DNA of 30,162 nucleotides. Source: Vermamoeba vermiformis (taxonomy: Eukaryota). Positions 10,502-21,585 of this stretch are shown one piece after another; positions within the stretch are counted from its first letter, which is position 1, and each line of letters opens with the position of its first letter. The notes below the pieces were generated by a model. It did no database searches. It saw only the letters and a list, made by a program, of their open reading frames with translations, and was not told where the DNA came from. The position numbers and the translations under genes are program-made. Location of the stretch: contig JBEWZL010000101.1 of the NCBI GenBank assembly GCA_045837725.1, positions 496,001-526,162 of the forward strand, given 5' to 3'.

Positions 10502-12719
10502 TTACGTAAATTTCATCTTGATTATTTTGGCCTTAGTTTCAGATACAACCACCAGCACGTCATCGACGCAAAAAACGCGTTTGAGATCTGTTGGACCCAA
10601 TTCAAGGGTTTTGATCACTGTGCCTGTTTCCCAATGAATTACCTGTAAAATAAATTTAATTAATATTTTAATCTAAATTAGGCAATAAGTGTCCTACTTT
10701 AAGTTGTTGTTCGTTGTTGGCGATAAATAGAATTTTTCCGCTGGGATCGAACTTCAAGTCCGCCAATCCTTCAGGTATCTTTATAACTATTTGCCAAGTC
10801 TTCTGATCCAAGTCAAATACTTCTATCGAATTTGGCTTTTTGATCGCAATCTTATCTGCAAATAGTCTGTTAGAAAAATCGAATGACACGTGTCACTATG
10901 AGCTCTAGATCATGACACGTGTCATTAATTGTCAAGCACGATAAATTCCTTGACTCGAAAAATACAGAGGTCGTGTAAAAATAATATTTGTCATTTATAA
11001 ATTTCGTTATTGTTACGTACTGTGTTTCGGGACCCAAGTGAATTCTTCAGCTTCAATCACCGTGCAATAATTGCGGTTTTTCAAGTCAAAAATTATGGTT
11101 GTATTTTCACGACACGTAAATCCGAGTAAGTATCTTTTCACTCCGTTAACCTTCGTCACGTGCTCGCTAATATCTGTTCGATATAATTAATATTATTAGT
11201 GTGATCTTAGTTAATTAGTGTAATCAACTCGTACTTCTAGCGTTTTTGATATTTTGGAGCTCGTTCATTTTCAAAAATTTGATGCTCCATTCCGCAAGCA
11301 AGTTAAAAATCTCTAAAGGTCCTTCAACGACTTCCCATAGTCCTAATTTGTCGTCGAAAAATATCGCAAATACGTCCGGCTTGTTTTTAAATGCATAGAT
11401 TTTTTGAATTTTTCCGAATTCTTCTTCGAGATCTTCAAACGATTGCTCATGATTATGACACCTAATGTACTAATATATGAGTCAACCATATATATATATA
11501 TATATTGCGTACCTAACACATGCTGGAGGTGAAGTCGGCGCTGCCTTGGCACTCCATCTGGGTAGAGGACAACATTTCTCGGTAATTTTGGCAATATTCA
11601 GCTGATTATAACTCTAATAATCATACAAAATATTAATATTATAGCATCTATATTTATCGAATTTAGCAAGAAATAGTCCTTGACATACCAGGTCGCAGAT
11701 GTACTTTGAATTTACTGCCAGATGTTGCAGACCTTCCTGGGAAAATCCAAGCCCTCCTCTAACCTTTTTATACGATTTTATTCCGCGTTTGAATTCTTCT
11801 TGGTCCCAAATGACGCATGCTGAGTCATAGGCAACGAAAAGTTGTGTTTTTTCTAAATCCAGATTCGGTCAGCAACCTTCATGTACAATATATCAAGCTA
11901 TCGTTATTAATTTTTCTTACCATCGCTATAAATATTCACATTCGAATCGAAAATATCAATTAAATTTCCATAGTACGTGGCTCGTTTGAACGGATACTCA
12001 GTAATGATTTTCGAAACCGGTAGTTCGTCTAGTTGAGCCTCCATAATATCTCTTATATAATAGTCTGCTAAAGCACTGACAGAAAAAAAAATGATCGGAT
12101 TTTTCAGCGGTTTGCTGGTGGCAATTCTGCGATCGGAAGATCAGATGGATCCGCAAAATTTCTTTAACTTACGTCAAATCAATTATAGTCACCAGTTCGC
12201 CATCTACTATAATAAAACAGTCCGATAGTAAGTGAAATGAAAGCTTTTGGGGATTAGGGATGTGATTTCCAGTCATGAACGCGTATTCGAACGTCTTCTC
12301 AATGCTTGGCCTTAAAAACCGATTAGACTATAATCTAATTAATTAATATATTATATTTTGTTGCTTACGACGATAATATCTTTGTTAATTGTAGTACCTG
12401 AGAAAAAAATCAGAATTTTATTTTGTCCAATGACAGATCCAGCTTACCGTTGGCCGCCAGTGCTGTTTAAACTCCGAATTACACGTGACAAAAGCATTAT
12501 TAAATATTGTCCGCCATATCACACTTTGGTCTGATAAAACATCGTTCCATTGCTTGCAAACCAAGCAGATGCAGGCAAAATGTTTAAAATTAATTCTCTT
12601 CAATATATTTTCGAGTACTTCTAGCGGTACAGCATTAAATGGATTGAATTTAGCTGCAATAATTAATTTTTGAATTAATAACTGCACATTAAGTTCCATT
12701 TTTAAAACTTACTTTCCAT
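10502..12719 (-). CDS. F-box protein with a beta-strand-rich, WD40/propeller-like C-terminal region; multi-exon
   Basis: ATG GAA A|GTAAGT at 12719. F-box FNAVPLEVLENILKRINFKHFACICLVCKQWNDVLSDQSVIW. C-terminal repeats such as IEVFDLDQK, LKFDPSGKILFIA and VIHWETGTVIKTL. Stop TAA at 10504-10502. Internal exons only partly resolved. Confidence 0.75.
11488..11505. repeat. (AT)9 microsatellite in an F-box gene intron
   Basis: atatatatatatatatat read directly. Confidence 0.8.
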
Positions 12720-13072
12720 CGTGTTAGTATCTCTTGCCTGCCTTTAAAGTTAAAAAGACTTTCTTAATTACATAATGACAAGTGCTTGCGTGGTTTGTTA
12801 GTTGAAAAACGAACAAAAATAAACAATTCAAGATTTTTACTTGCTAGCGCTACTTTTCTTCGTTGAAAATCAGGAAGCTCCGCAGTCGAATATTGACTGC
12901 TTTATAAATCATGTTTGGCAGTTGAGAGGATCCATACAATCGTCCGTGACATGGAACAGATCTGTTCCATTGCAACGCTCGATTCAGCAGCCAGTAATTG
13001 TATTCTAGCATGCATCTGTCATAAGTTTAATAATAAATAAAAGTTTATTTTACATTGTTAACGGTATGAAAA

Positions 13073-15847
13073 TTAAGCCATAGGAATGGATGTAATATGC
13101 GGAGTGTTCTTCAATTGACGTCTTGAAGCAATATATCGCAATAATAGTCCTGATAATAGCACGGAATTGATCGGCATGAAGCTCGCACACGCTAAAATGC
13201 CAAATCCACTCGCTGCATTCACTGCATTGCCAAAACTGAGACCGAGAGCTAACACGAACGGAACTGTAACAGGACCTAATACAAAAAATATGAATAAGAC
13301 TCATCCACGGTGCATAAAATATTAGCTTATGCATATAATTTATCAATTTAAGTTGGTTAAATGAAGGCAATATTAGGTTGAAGAAAGAGATCTGTAGGCA
13401 AGATCTCGTTTTAAAATGAAATTTACCTGTTGTAACGCCAGCGCTATCCCAAGCAATATTGACAACGTCTTCTTGACTATAGTGCGTTAATACTAACGCT
13501 ACGCCGTAACCAACGATGATGAAGTAGATCAGTGAGAGTTGATAGAGGATAATAAGCACTCCTAATAACACGCCGGAGCCAACTCCGAGTGAAACTGCAA
13601 AGATGAGAATTGAGCTCTTAAACTGGCCCTGGGTGATTTGTTCCACTTTGGATCCCATGACGTTCATGACTGGTTCTGCAAATGTCGCCAAAACGCCCAA
13701 AAAGAATGCAAATAGGCATACGATGAGCAACCCGATCGATCGATCGAATAACGGCGAATTTTCAACGCCGTCAATGGCCATCAAACCCGTCGGCAAAACT
13801 TTTCCGAGAAGTCCAGCTAGTGGTGTCATGCCATAAGTCAGACCAAGATTGAACAATAGCATGCCTAGTTGTGCAAATCCAAAGCCTAGTAATATCATCT
13901 TCATAGATGTGCTAAACCAACTTCGGTTCTTTGGAGATCCGGATTCAGCCTCGCTGGATTCGCCACTCTCGAGCATATCCAATCGATTCTTCTCTTCGTA
14001 GCTTTCACTGTGTGAGTCCTCTGACTCGACTTCGGTGCCTACCATAGGAGCAGTATCTTTATATACTTGTTCTTTGCTTCTGGATCGCAAAAATTTGGAC
14101 GAAATGTCGTGGCCGGATGTAGTTCGTTCATTGAACATTTTTTGCTTGTGAAGCCATTCTTCGCGATCTTGAGTTGATACAAAGGCCGTAGTATCAATTA
14201 CGAAGCGTAGTTGAGGTACTACTGCTGCACCGGCTTTGGCTTCTTGTCGGTAACGTGCGATCTCTTCTTCAGAAGTTTCGTACAGGCCAAGTTCTTCCTT
14301 ATTAGCGCGCAGTACGTCCATTGAATTATTTAAGTTGACGTTAGGCGAACTTTCGACTGAAATGACGCGTAGTTCTTCTGATTTTGAAGCTTTTTGTTCG
14401 CTCGCATCCAACGCCATGATCTTGCGAAGAGTAATTTCTGGCAAGTGTCCTCGAAGGAATACTAATAGGACGACTATTAATAGAACTCCTAGCGGCACGA
14501 TAGCGCGAAAGGCGTAAATGACTTCGATGATTGGTGACTTTTCTAAGAACGGCAACTCGCTGTTGTGCTGAACTGACTTGGTCTCCTTCAAGATTTGGTC
14601 TATTGGCTTAGAGTACACCAATATGACACTAAGGATTTGGATACATAATACTGGCAGGAGCGCGGCCAAAGTGACAACTCCGAACGCATCCACTTTCTTG
14701 TTTGACTCTTCTTGTGGTCTTTCTTCGATAACTAAAAGAATTTTAGGACTCTATCCGATTGAATATTAATATAGTGCTTCGTTCGTACCTTCTTCTTCGA
14801 TAATTAAGCTATTAGTATTGAGCTTTGAGTTTCTTCTTTGAAGAAGCTGCGTTTCTCGTTCAAGTTGGTGTTTTCTGAACTCTTGTTGCGCACTGACACC
14901 AATACCAATCGATAATATAATAGGTACTGTTACTGGACCTAAATAAACAACATTAAGACCTGTGTAACGGGTTCAAATTTGACCGTCAAATTTCCAAACT
15001 AAAATTTTGACCGTCAAAAATTAAACGAGGACCACGTACCAGTTGCCACGACGCCAATATCCCAAGCCAAATTAATAAGAGGTCGTAGATTATCATTGGC
15101 CACGTGCATAAACAGCGACAGTGCAATAGTTGATCCGCCGATCGAGTAGATGAGCGGCTTGAGTGACCATCGTCTCGTGAACCTGATGATGCCTAATACG
15201 GTTGCTGTTCCTACTCCAAGTCCAATCGACAAGACGAGCATTTCGCGCCAATTGTTGACCATGTAGAACAAATAAGGCTGTTGTTTCCGCTTTACTTCTG
15301 ACGTCAGTGGCGCTATGGCTGCAATGGCTGGCTCGGCGTAAGTAACTGCAATGCCAATGACAAATGAGAGCATCAATACGAGGGCTATATGGAGCTTTTC
15401 GGGCATTAAGCGGCCAATGGATTCGCCAAGTGGCATCAAGGCAAATTTTAATCCTTCAATAAATAAAGTCAAGCCTAATATGACTGCTAATATTCCAAAT
15501 CCAACGACTGCGCCATTTTCTGCTGATTGGTGGAATATTAAAGCTGCAAATAAGACGAAATAAAGTGTGATCGGGATAATGACTTTGATCTGCTCGTATA
15601 GCTGTAATAAGAAGTAGTGCGTCACGTCGTAATGTTTGAATGCGTTGAATTGCTTCCATAGCTTCTTATATTTCTTTAGTACGAATTGTGGGAGTAAATT
15701 AAATGGAAACGGAGCGCGGATCTTGATGCGAGTTGGATCTGCTACCGACTCAAAGGTTAGAAAATATTAATATCATAGTTGATTTTAATGACAATATTAA
15801 GGCTTACCGTTATTTCCATTATCTACTAGACTTTCTTGTTCACTCAT
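13073..15847 (-). CDS. Membrane protein with two tandem DUF1538 domains separated by a long hydrophilic loop; 5 exons
   Basis: Half 1: GLTLFIEGLKFALMPLGESIG, TYAEPAI, WDIGVVATG|PVTVPIILSIGIG, DAFGVVTLAALLPV. Half 2: GMLLFNLGLTYGMTPL, TFAEPVM, WDSAGVTTG|PVTVPFVLALG, SGFGILACASFMPI. ATG at 15847; stop at 13075-13073. Confidence 0.88.
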
Positions 15848-16607
15848 TTTAATCGGATTTAATTTTTTGCATCCGTTTCATTATTTCTTTAGTGGTAAAA
15901 TGAAATAAAAATACCTCAGCGAGATGCATAAAAGATCGCTCTCGATATTTCATAAATTTGCTTAAATAATCATTGAAATCTCGTAATTTATTTAGCAAAC
16001 TGGTTGAGATTCGCAATAAAAAACAGAGTAAAGGCGCTAAAAATTCTACGACTGATCGAAATAAAAATATTACCGTGCAAAACAGGTCTGTCTGGCTCAG
16101 AAAAACGCCGGACCACCAATCCACTCTAATGAACCAACCTTTTGCTCATACCGTGTAGAATAATGATTATTTGTTATGAATGTAAAGGACGTTTTTGGTT
16201 GGTGAGCAAACAGGCTAGATGTGCAACACGTTGCTGGTGGTAAACATAATGACAAAGAGAAAGCTCCGAACAAGACCCAAGAGTAATCACACAAAGGAAA
16301 ACGATTGCTTTTCGATTACGCTCCAAGTAATGTGCCAAAAAGAGACTTTGTTGTAGTACTACAGCAAGCCAAAGTCTGGTCCTAGGACAAGCGGATCAGA
16401 ATCTGACCCTGCGAGTCCAGATCAGCACTTTTCCACTCCTTTTCATTTGCAGACGAGACAGCCGTTGATTTCTGGGAATTTATTGCTCGCATTACGCTGA
16501 TTGGTCAAGCATCAAGCTCAAAACCTCTCGATTTTTGTTGATTAAATTATCTTGCACACCGCGACACAACGATCGAACCACACTTCACACCTCTGCCGCA
16601 ATATTAA

Positions 16608-18570
16608 ATGCCTAGTGCTAAAGGAAAACAACGATTATCTTCGTCGCCCGTGCTGACCGAAGTACGCGCTGGTGAGAATGGAAATGGAATCGCGGGTAAA
16701 GGCAGCGCCAGCGAGAAGAAAAAGAAAATTATGCGCTTAAAAGAGTTTAGAGAGCTGTTACAAAAGAAAGTAAGGCAATAGTAATGCTAAATATCGAGGT
16801 TTATCAAGACCATCGCGTGATCTTGCGACTAACTAATATTTTTTCGCTTTTAGCTCAAGTACGACATCGGTACAAGTGCCAGACATATTCGCAATTGGGT
16901 TAATGATAAAAAGCCGTATTTGCCGCCCCGCTCGCCATTTTCATTGTTGCAAGAGCTGTTTTTCTACGATCCGTGGAAAGTTTTGATCGCCTGCATGGTA
17001 AGAAAATTAAAGCGATATTTTTAATATTATTTTCATCGATAATAAGCCTCAATGAGCGATTTAATCGCGGCCAACCATTTTCCTGGAATTTTAATTATCT
17101 GATCCAAATTTGACGTGACATTTTTTTCTTTAGTTCCTCAACAAAACTTCGGGCAAACAAGTCTCTACTGTATTATATAAATTCTTTAGCCGTTATCCAA
17201 CGCCTATTGACCTTCGAGACTCGAACAGAGAAGATGTGATCGCGATCATAAAACCGCTCGGGTAAGTAGCACCTCACAGCTATATATCGTCGGTCATGCG
17301 CTAACCATGCTAAATAGATTATTTAATAAGCGAGCTGACATGATTGTTCACTTTACAAAAGAGTTTTTGGCGGGTAATTGGCGGATGCCAGATCAGATCA
17401 AAGGTGCGTGGCTTTCTTTAACTCTCTAATCGCACAAAAATACTGTAACGTGCTTTAAAATAGTAATTTTATCGTTTGATAGGTATTGGAAAGTACGCTA
17501 ACGACGCTTATCGAATCTTTTGCTGCGGTGAATTCAAAGACGTGCAGCCAAACGATCACGCGTTGAACAAGTACCATGAGTGGCTTATCAAAGAAGATAA
17601 TAGGGACCAAGATAGTAAAAAAGTAAGTCGGTTAATAGTAAGGCTAATCTTGGATCGAAACTAAGCGGCTGTATTCAAAAGGGTTCTGGATCTGCTTCAT
17701 CCAGCGAAAATAACAGCAATGATTCGCAAGATAGTCAAAATCCACGTGAAATTTCAAGCAATGAGAGTGACCAGGACGAAAAAGAAGAAGAAAAGCCGAA
17801 CACAAAGTCAAAAAAGAATTCAGGCGTCAAAGAATCAAAGTCAGCGCATCATCAAGCGTTCTTAGTGGCCGGAGAATTAAAATGGAATATCCGACGTGAA
17901 GATTTGAATATTTCGCAAGAAGAACGTGATTGGTGGTCTGAATTGTTCGACATCCGAGACTATTTCTACAAAAAGTTCCAGAACGTTGAAATCGATGCTC
18001 AAAGTGATGAAATCTCGCAATCTGAAGAGGAGGTCGTTATAGAAAAATTGCCTAAAATGGCAAAATCTGCGACCAAAAAACGAAAAATTGAGATCGAGGA
18101 AGATGGGTACGAAAAGAAATCGAAAAAGAAGCAAAAAATTGACAAGGAAGCGGCCAAGTTAGAAAAACAACGCGCAAAAGAGGAGAAAAAGCTGGAAAAG
18201 GCCCAAAAGAAGGAGAATAAGAAAAAGAAGCAGATCGATCGTGAGGCCAACAAAGAAAAATCGACTGCAGAGCGTTCTTTACCAGAGAACTCGATTGTTA
18301 TTACTGTAAGTATTGTTAGCATAATTCTTAATACCTTGAATATAACTAACCTACCCCTAGAAAACGAATTTGCCTCCTGGATGGAGATTCGAAATCCGAA
18401 AGCGACAATCGGGTGGCACTAAAGGAAGAGAAGATTACTATTGGTAATTATCGCTCGTATTTAGCGCTAAATCATCGGCTTACACTGACTTTGACCTCAG
18501 GTACTCACCAGAAGGAAGAAAGTTCCGCAGTTTGGTTGAGATCCGAAAGCACCTTGCTAGTCAAAAATAG
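16608..18570 (+). CDS. MBD4: MBD4-like HhH-GPD G:T/U mismatch DNA glycosylase with a C-terminal methyl-CpG-binding domain (478 aa, 8 exons)
   Basis: Exons 16608-16769, 16854-16997, 17134-17261, 17318-17403, 17483-17622, 17682-18305, 18361-18443 and 18501-18570 total 1437 nt in frame. Glycosylase: [115 protein letters not shown]. Confidence 0.92.
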
Positions 18571-18654
18571 ATGCAGCAATCATATAAAGGTTAAATACAA
18601 GCGACTTTCGTCAGACTTGCAAAAACATTTTATTTTTGGCCCATAATATTAGCG

Positions 18655-19167
18655 TTACATTGTAAGAATTTTTCTGGGGATTAATCCGTAAGACAGAGCT
18701 CGAAAAACAACTACTACTAGTCCAATTATCTTTCCGGGGCTATAAAGATCGTTCGGAAGTAAATAAAAGATTAGAAACTGGACGAAGAAGTCAACGAGGC
18801 AAGTAGCGTAGCCAATCCAGCACAAGATCCGCACAGTTGTTCGTAATTTTGAGCTGTGCCCGAGTGACAAGGCGATGCCAAGTATAGGTCCTGATAATAG
18901 CACCATATCTACACCAAAGAGTAGTGCGGCGTAAGTGAAATCACTGGGGTATGATAGCCCAGAAGCAATGTAGCAGTAATGCCAAGCAAACGATAACGTC
19001 GATACAAAAGCAGACCATTCTGAAGTGTTTGGTCCGTCGCAAGGGGCTGGCAATGCAGGTGAATCTAGATAGTGTATTGGTAAGAAGGAGAGGCCTAGTA
19101 AGGTCAATGTTAAAGCCATTATTGACATTCCTAATAAATCTTTGTTGACGTGCTGTTTTTGCTGCAT
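18655..19167 (-). CDS. Intronless hypothetical membrane protein (170 aa, ~4 hydrophobic helices)
   Basis: ATG-to-TAA ORF filling the gap between the MBD4-like and ADH genes, with several long hydrophobic stretches. No family recognised. Confidence 0.65.
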   Translation of the reverse strand: MQQKQHVNKDLLGMSIMALTLTLLGLSFLPIHYLDSPALPAPCDGPNTSEWSAFVSTLSFAWHYCYIASGLSYPSDFTYAALLFGVDMVLLSGPILGIALSLGHSSKLRTTVRILCWIGYATCLVDFFVQFLIFYLLPNDLYSPGKIIGLVVVVFRALSYGLIPRKILTM

Positions 19168-19323
19168 TTTCGTGTAAACTATTGTTTAAAGCTAATAGGA
19201 ATTAATTTATGTCCGGTTCATAATTTGAACCAGTCCGCTGACGTGGACTTTTTTCTTTTTTTCGTTTCACGTCATAGGGACCGTTTGTTGCATTAAACAT
19301 TTTATCAACAATAATTAACAATA

Positions 19324-20730
19324 TTAATCAAACTTCAATACAGCGCGGAAGCGAACTTTGTTGGTCATCATCGCTTGATAAGCTTCGTTGACTTTGTCGA
19401 GCGGGAAGACTTCAATCATTGGACGAACACCAGTCAAAGCTGCAAAGTTGAGTGTGTCTTCGGTTTCAATAGGAGTACCGCTAGGCCTATAAAGATAGCG
19501 TATTAGATCCGAATCTGCAGCTAAAAATTCTCGAACAAGCAAATTTAACTTACCAACCGACAACACCACGGCGTTGACCAATCAAATCGAAAGCACCAAC
19601 TTTAAGAGGCTCATGAGGAATTCCGAGAACGAAAACACGACCGTCAGGAGCCAAACCAGGAGTAAGTGCTGAGATCGCATCTGCGTGAGGAGCAGTAGCG
19701 AGAATGACTTTAGCACCGCCGAGGGCTTGCAAGGCCTTAGCAGGGTCTTCCTTAGAGACGTCAATATAGATATGAGCACCGAGCTTCGTGGCCAGCTCTT
19801 TCTTGTCGGATCCGGAAGAAAGGGCGGCAACCTTGTAGCCCATCTTGGCAGCGAATTGGACACCTACACGAGTATTAATATCGAGCCACGATAATACATA
19901 GTTATAGTGCTTACCAAGGTGACCCAAACCACCCAAACCCTGGACTGCAACGAGATCACCAGCCTTGGCGTCAGAGTGACGAAGAGGGTTGTACACAGTG
20001 ATGCCTGCACACATCAATGGTGCTGCTTCTTCGAAGGACAAATCATCGGGAATGCGTGCAAGGGCTTCAAAAGGCACTATAGAAAATAAATAAGTATTAA
20101 TACTGAAAATTGGATTTGTAACGGATGCGCTCGTTGCATGCTGCGTATGTAATCAATGGTTGGAGCGATAATTTACCTGTAATATAGTTGCTGTATCCTC
20201 CGCTATAAGAAACACCGCAAATCTTCTCGTGTTTGCAAGTCATCCAGTCACCGCGACGGCATCTGTCGCACTGGAAGCAGTGACCACCGTGCCAGCCAAC
20301 ACCAACGCGATCTCCAGCCTTCCACTCAAGAACACCAGCACCGACCTATTAAATAAGCGATTAATTAAGAGTGATCAAACTAAAAATCGGATCGCATCTA
20401 ATTTACTCGTGTTAATACGCATGAAGACATACCTTATCGATAACACCGGCAACTTCGTGTCCGGGGCTAATAGGGTATTGAATAGTCGGGAAGACTCCTT
20501 CCTTAGTGAACATATCGCTGCAAAATCAAGAGGTCAGATTCGCGCGAAAAAATTTGATCCAGCAATTTTTAATAAATAATAAGAATTCTGGTATTAATTG
20601 CTACTAACCTATGGCATATACCACATGCGTGCACTTTAATACGCACTTGGTTTTGAGCAGGTTCAGGGAGGCTCTTTTCTTGAACGACGAATCGTTCGGC
20701 TCTAGCTTTTTCAACGACGGCAGCTTTCAT
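19324..20730 (-). CDS. Zinc-dependent medium-chain alcohol dehydrogenase (AdhP/CAD-like); ~6 exons
   Basis: MKAAVVEK...ACGICH|SD; PGHEVAG; GDRVGVGW; structural Zn motif CFQCDRCRRGDWMTC; AAPLMCAGITVYNPL; VQGLGGLGHLG; C-terminal KVRFRAVLKFD. Confidence 0.93.
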
Positions 20731-21585
20731 CGTGTATAGTATTTGTGTTGTTCTTATTGTTTTGTTGATGATTAATTATCGTACAAGATATCCTTTAAAT
20801 AGTTGCCACCGTTGCCCTGGCAAATCGCGGCGAGTAACAAGTTCCCGCGGCGTGCACAAAAATCAAGCCAGATCTCACCGGACGAGCTCGGACAAAGCTT
20901 AATGGTGCATATGGAGATTATTGATCCATCTTCATATCAAACTGCTCGAAGTACGAGGGGTGAGCCGGCAGATTCGATCGGCAATGGAAGCTCCGAAATC
21001 TCCGGTCCCAGAGCACTGTTCGTTGATTGATTATTTACAAAGACGTCGACGGCTTGTCGACCAACCCGAAGCTGAGGTACTGCATTGCATGATTCAATTG
21101 AACAGTGTCTTTTGGTAGGTGAGCTGTGCAGCAATTTCATTAGCATTTGATCAAATTTAGCATACGAAAAATATGTATGTATAGTATTGTTATTTTTGAT
21201 GATTGGTAACGTTTAAATAAGCTCTGTGCGCTGCGTTAAGTAAATTAGATTTTTGGAACCAGTTTTCAAGTTATTATTAGGTATAATATTATGAAGAATA
21301 GTATTACTAAGTACTATTCGTTAACGAGTAAATTAATTGTGAATAATAATTCATTATTTCAAAAAAAAAAAAAACGGCTAGTGCAATTAATCTGCTCTTG
21401 TTGCAGGTGCAACTTGACTTACTTCGCGTATTGTAGAGTTACATGATGATAATTGAGGCAATCATGTGGTCAAACGGTGTTTTGCGACTTTTGTTTGACC
21501 GATCAGATTTTGCGAGATTTTCTCCTCGCCAAACGATTCTAATACCGAAATTAACAACTTAACACAACACCTCTGTAATTATACT

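Noticed and set aside
13050-14693. 547-aa ORF taken as a complete intronless gene
   Set aside because: It reads through intron 13426-13276. The conserved GPVTVP and final helices continue in another frame after splicing.
15848-16607. Possible ncRNA or small gene in the 760-bp divergent gap between DUF1538 and MBD4-like genes
   Set aside because: No convincing tRNA, snoRNA boxes or spliceable ORF found by eye. The short ORFs have no recognisable features.
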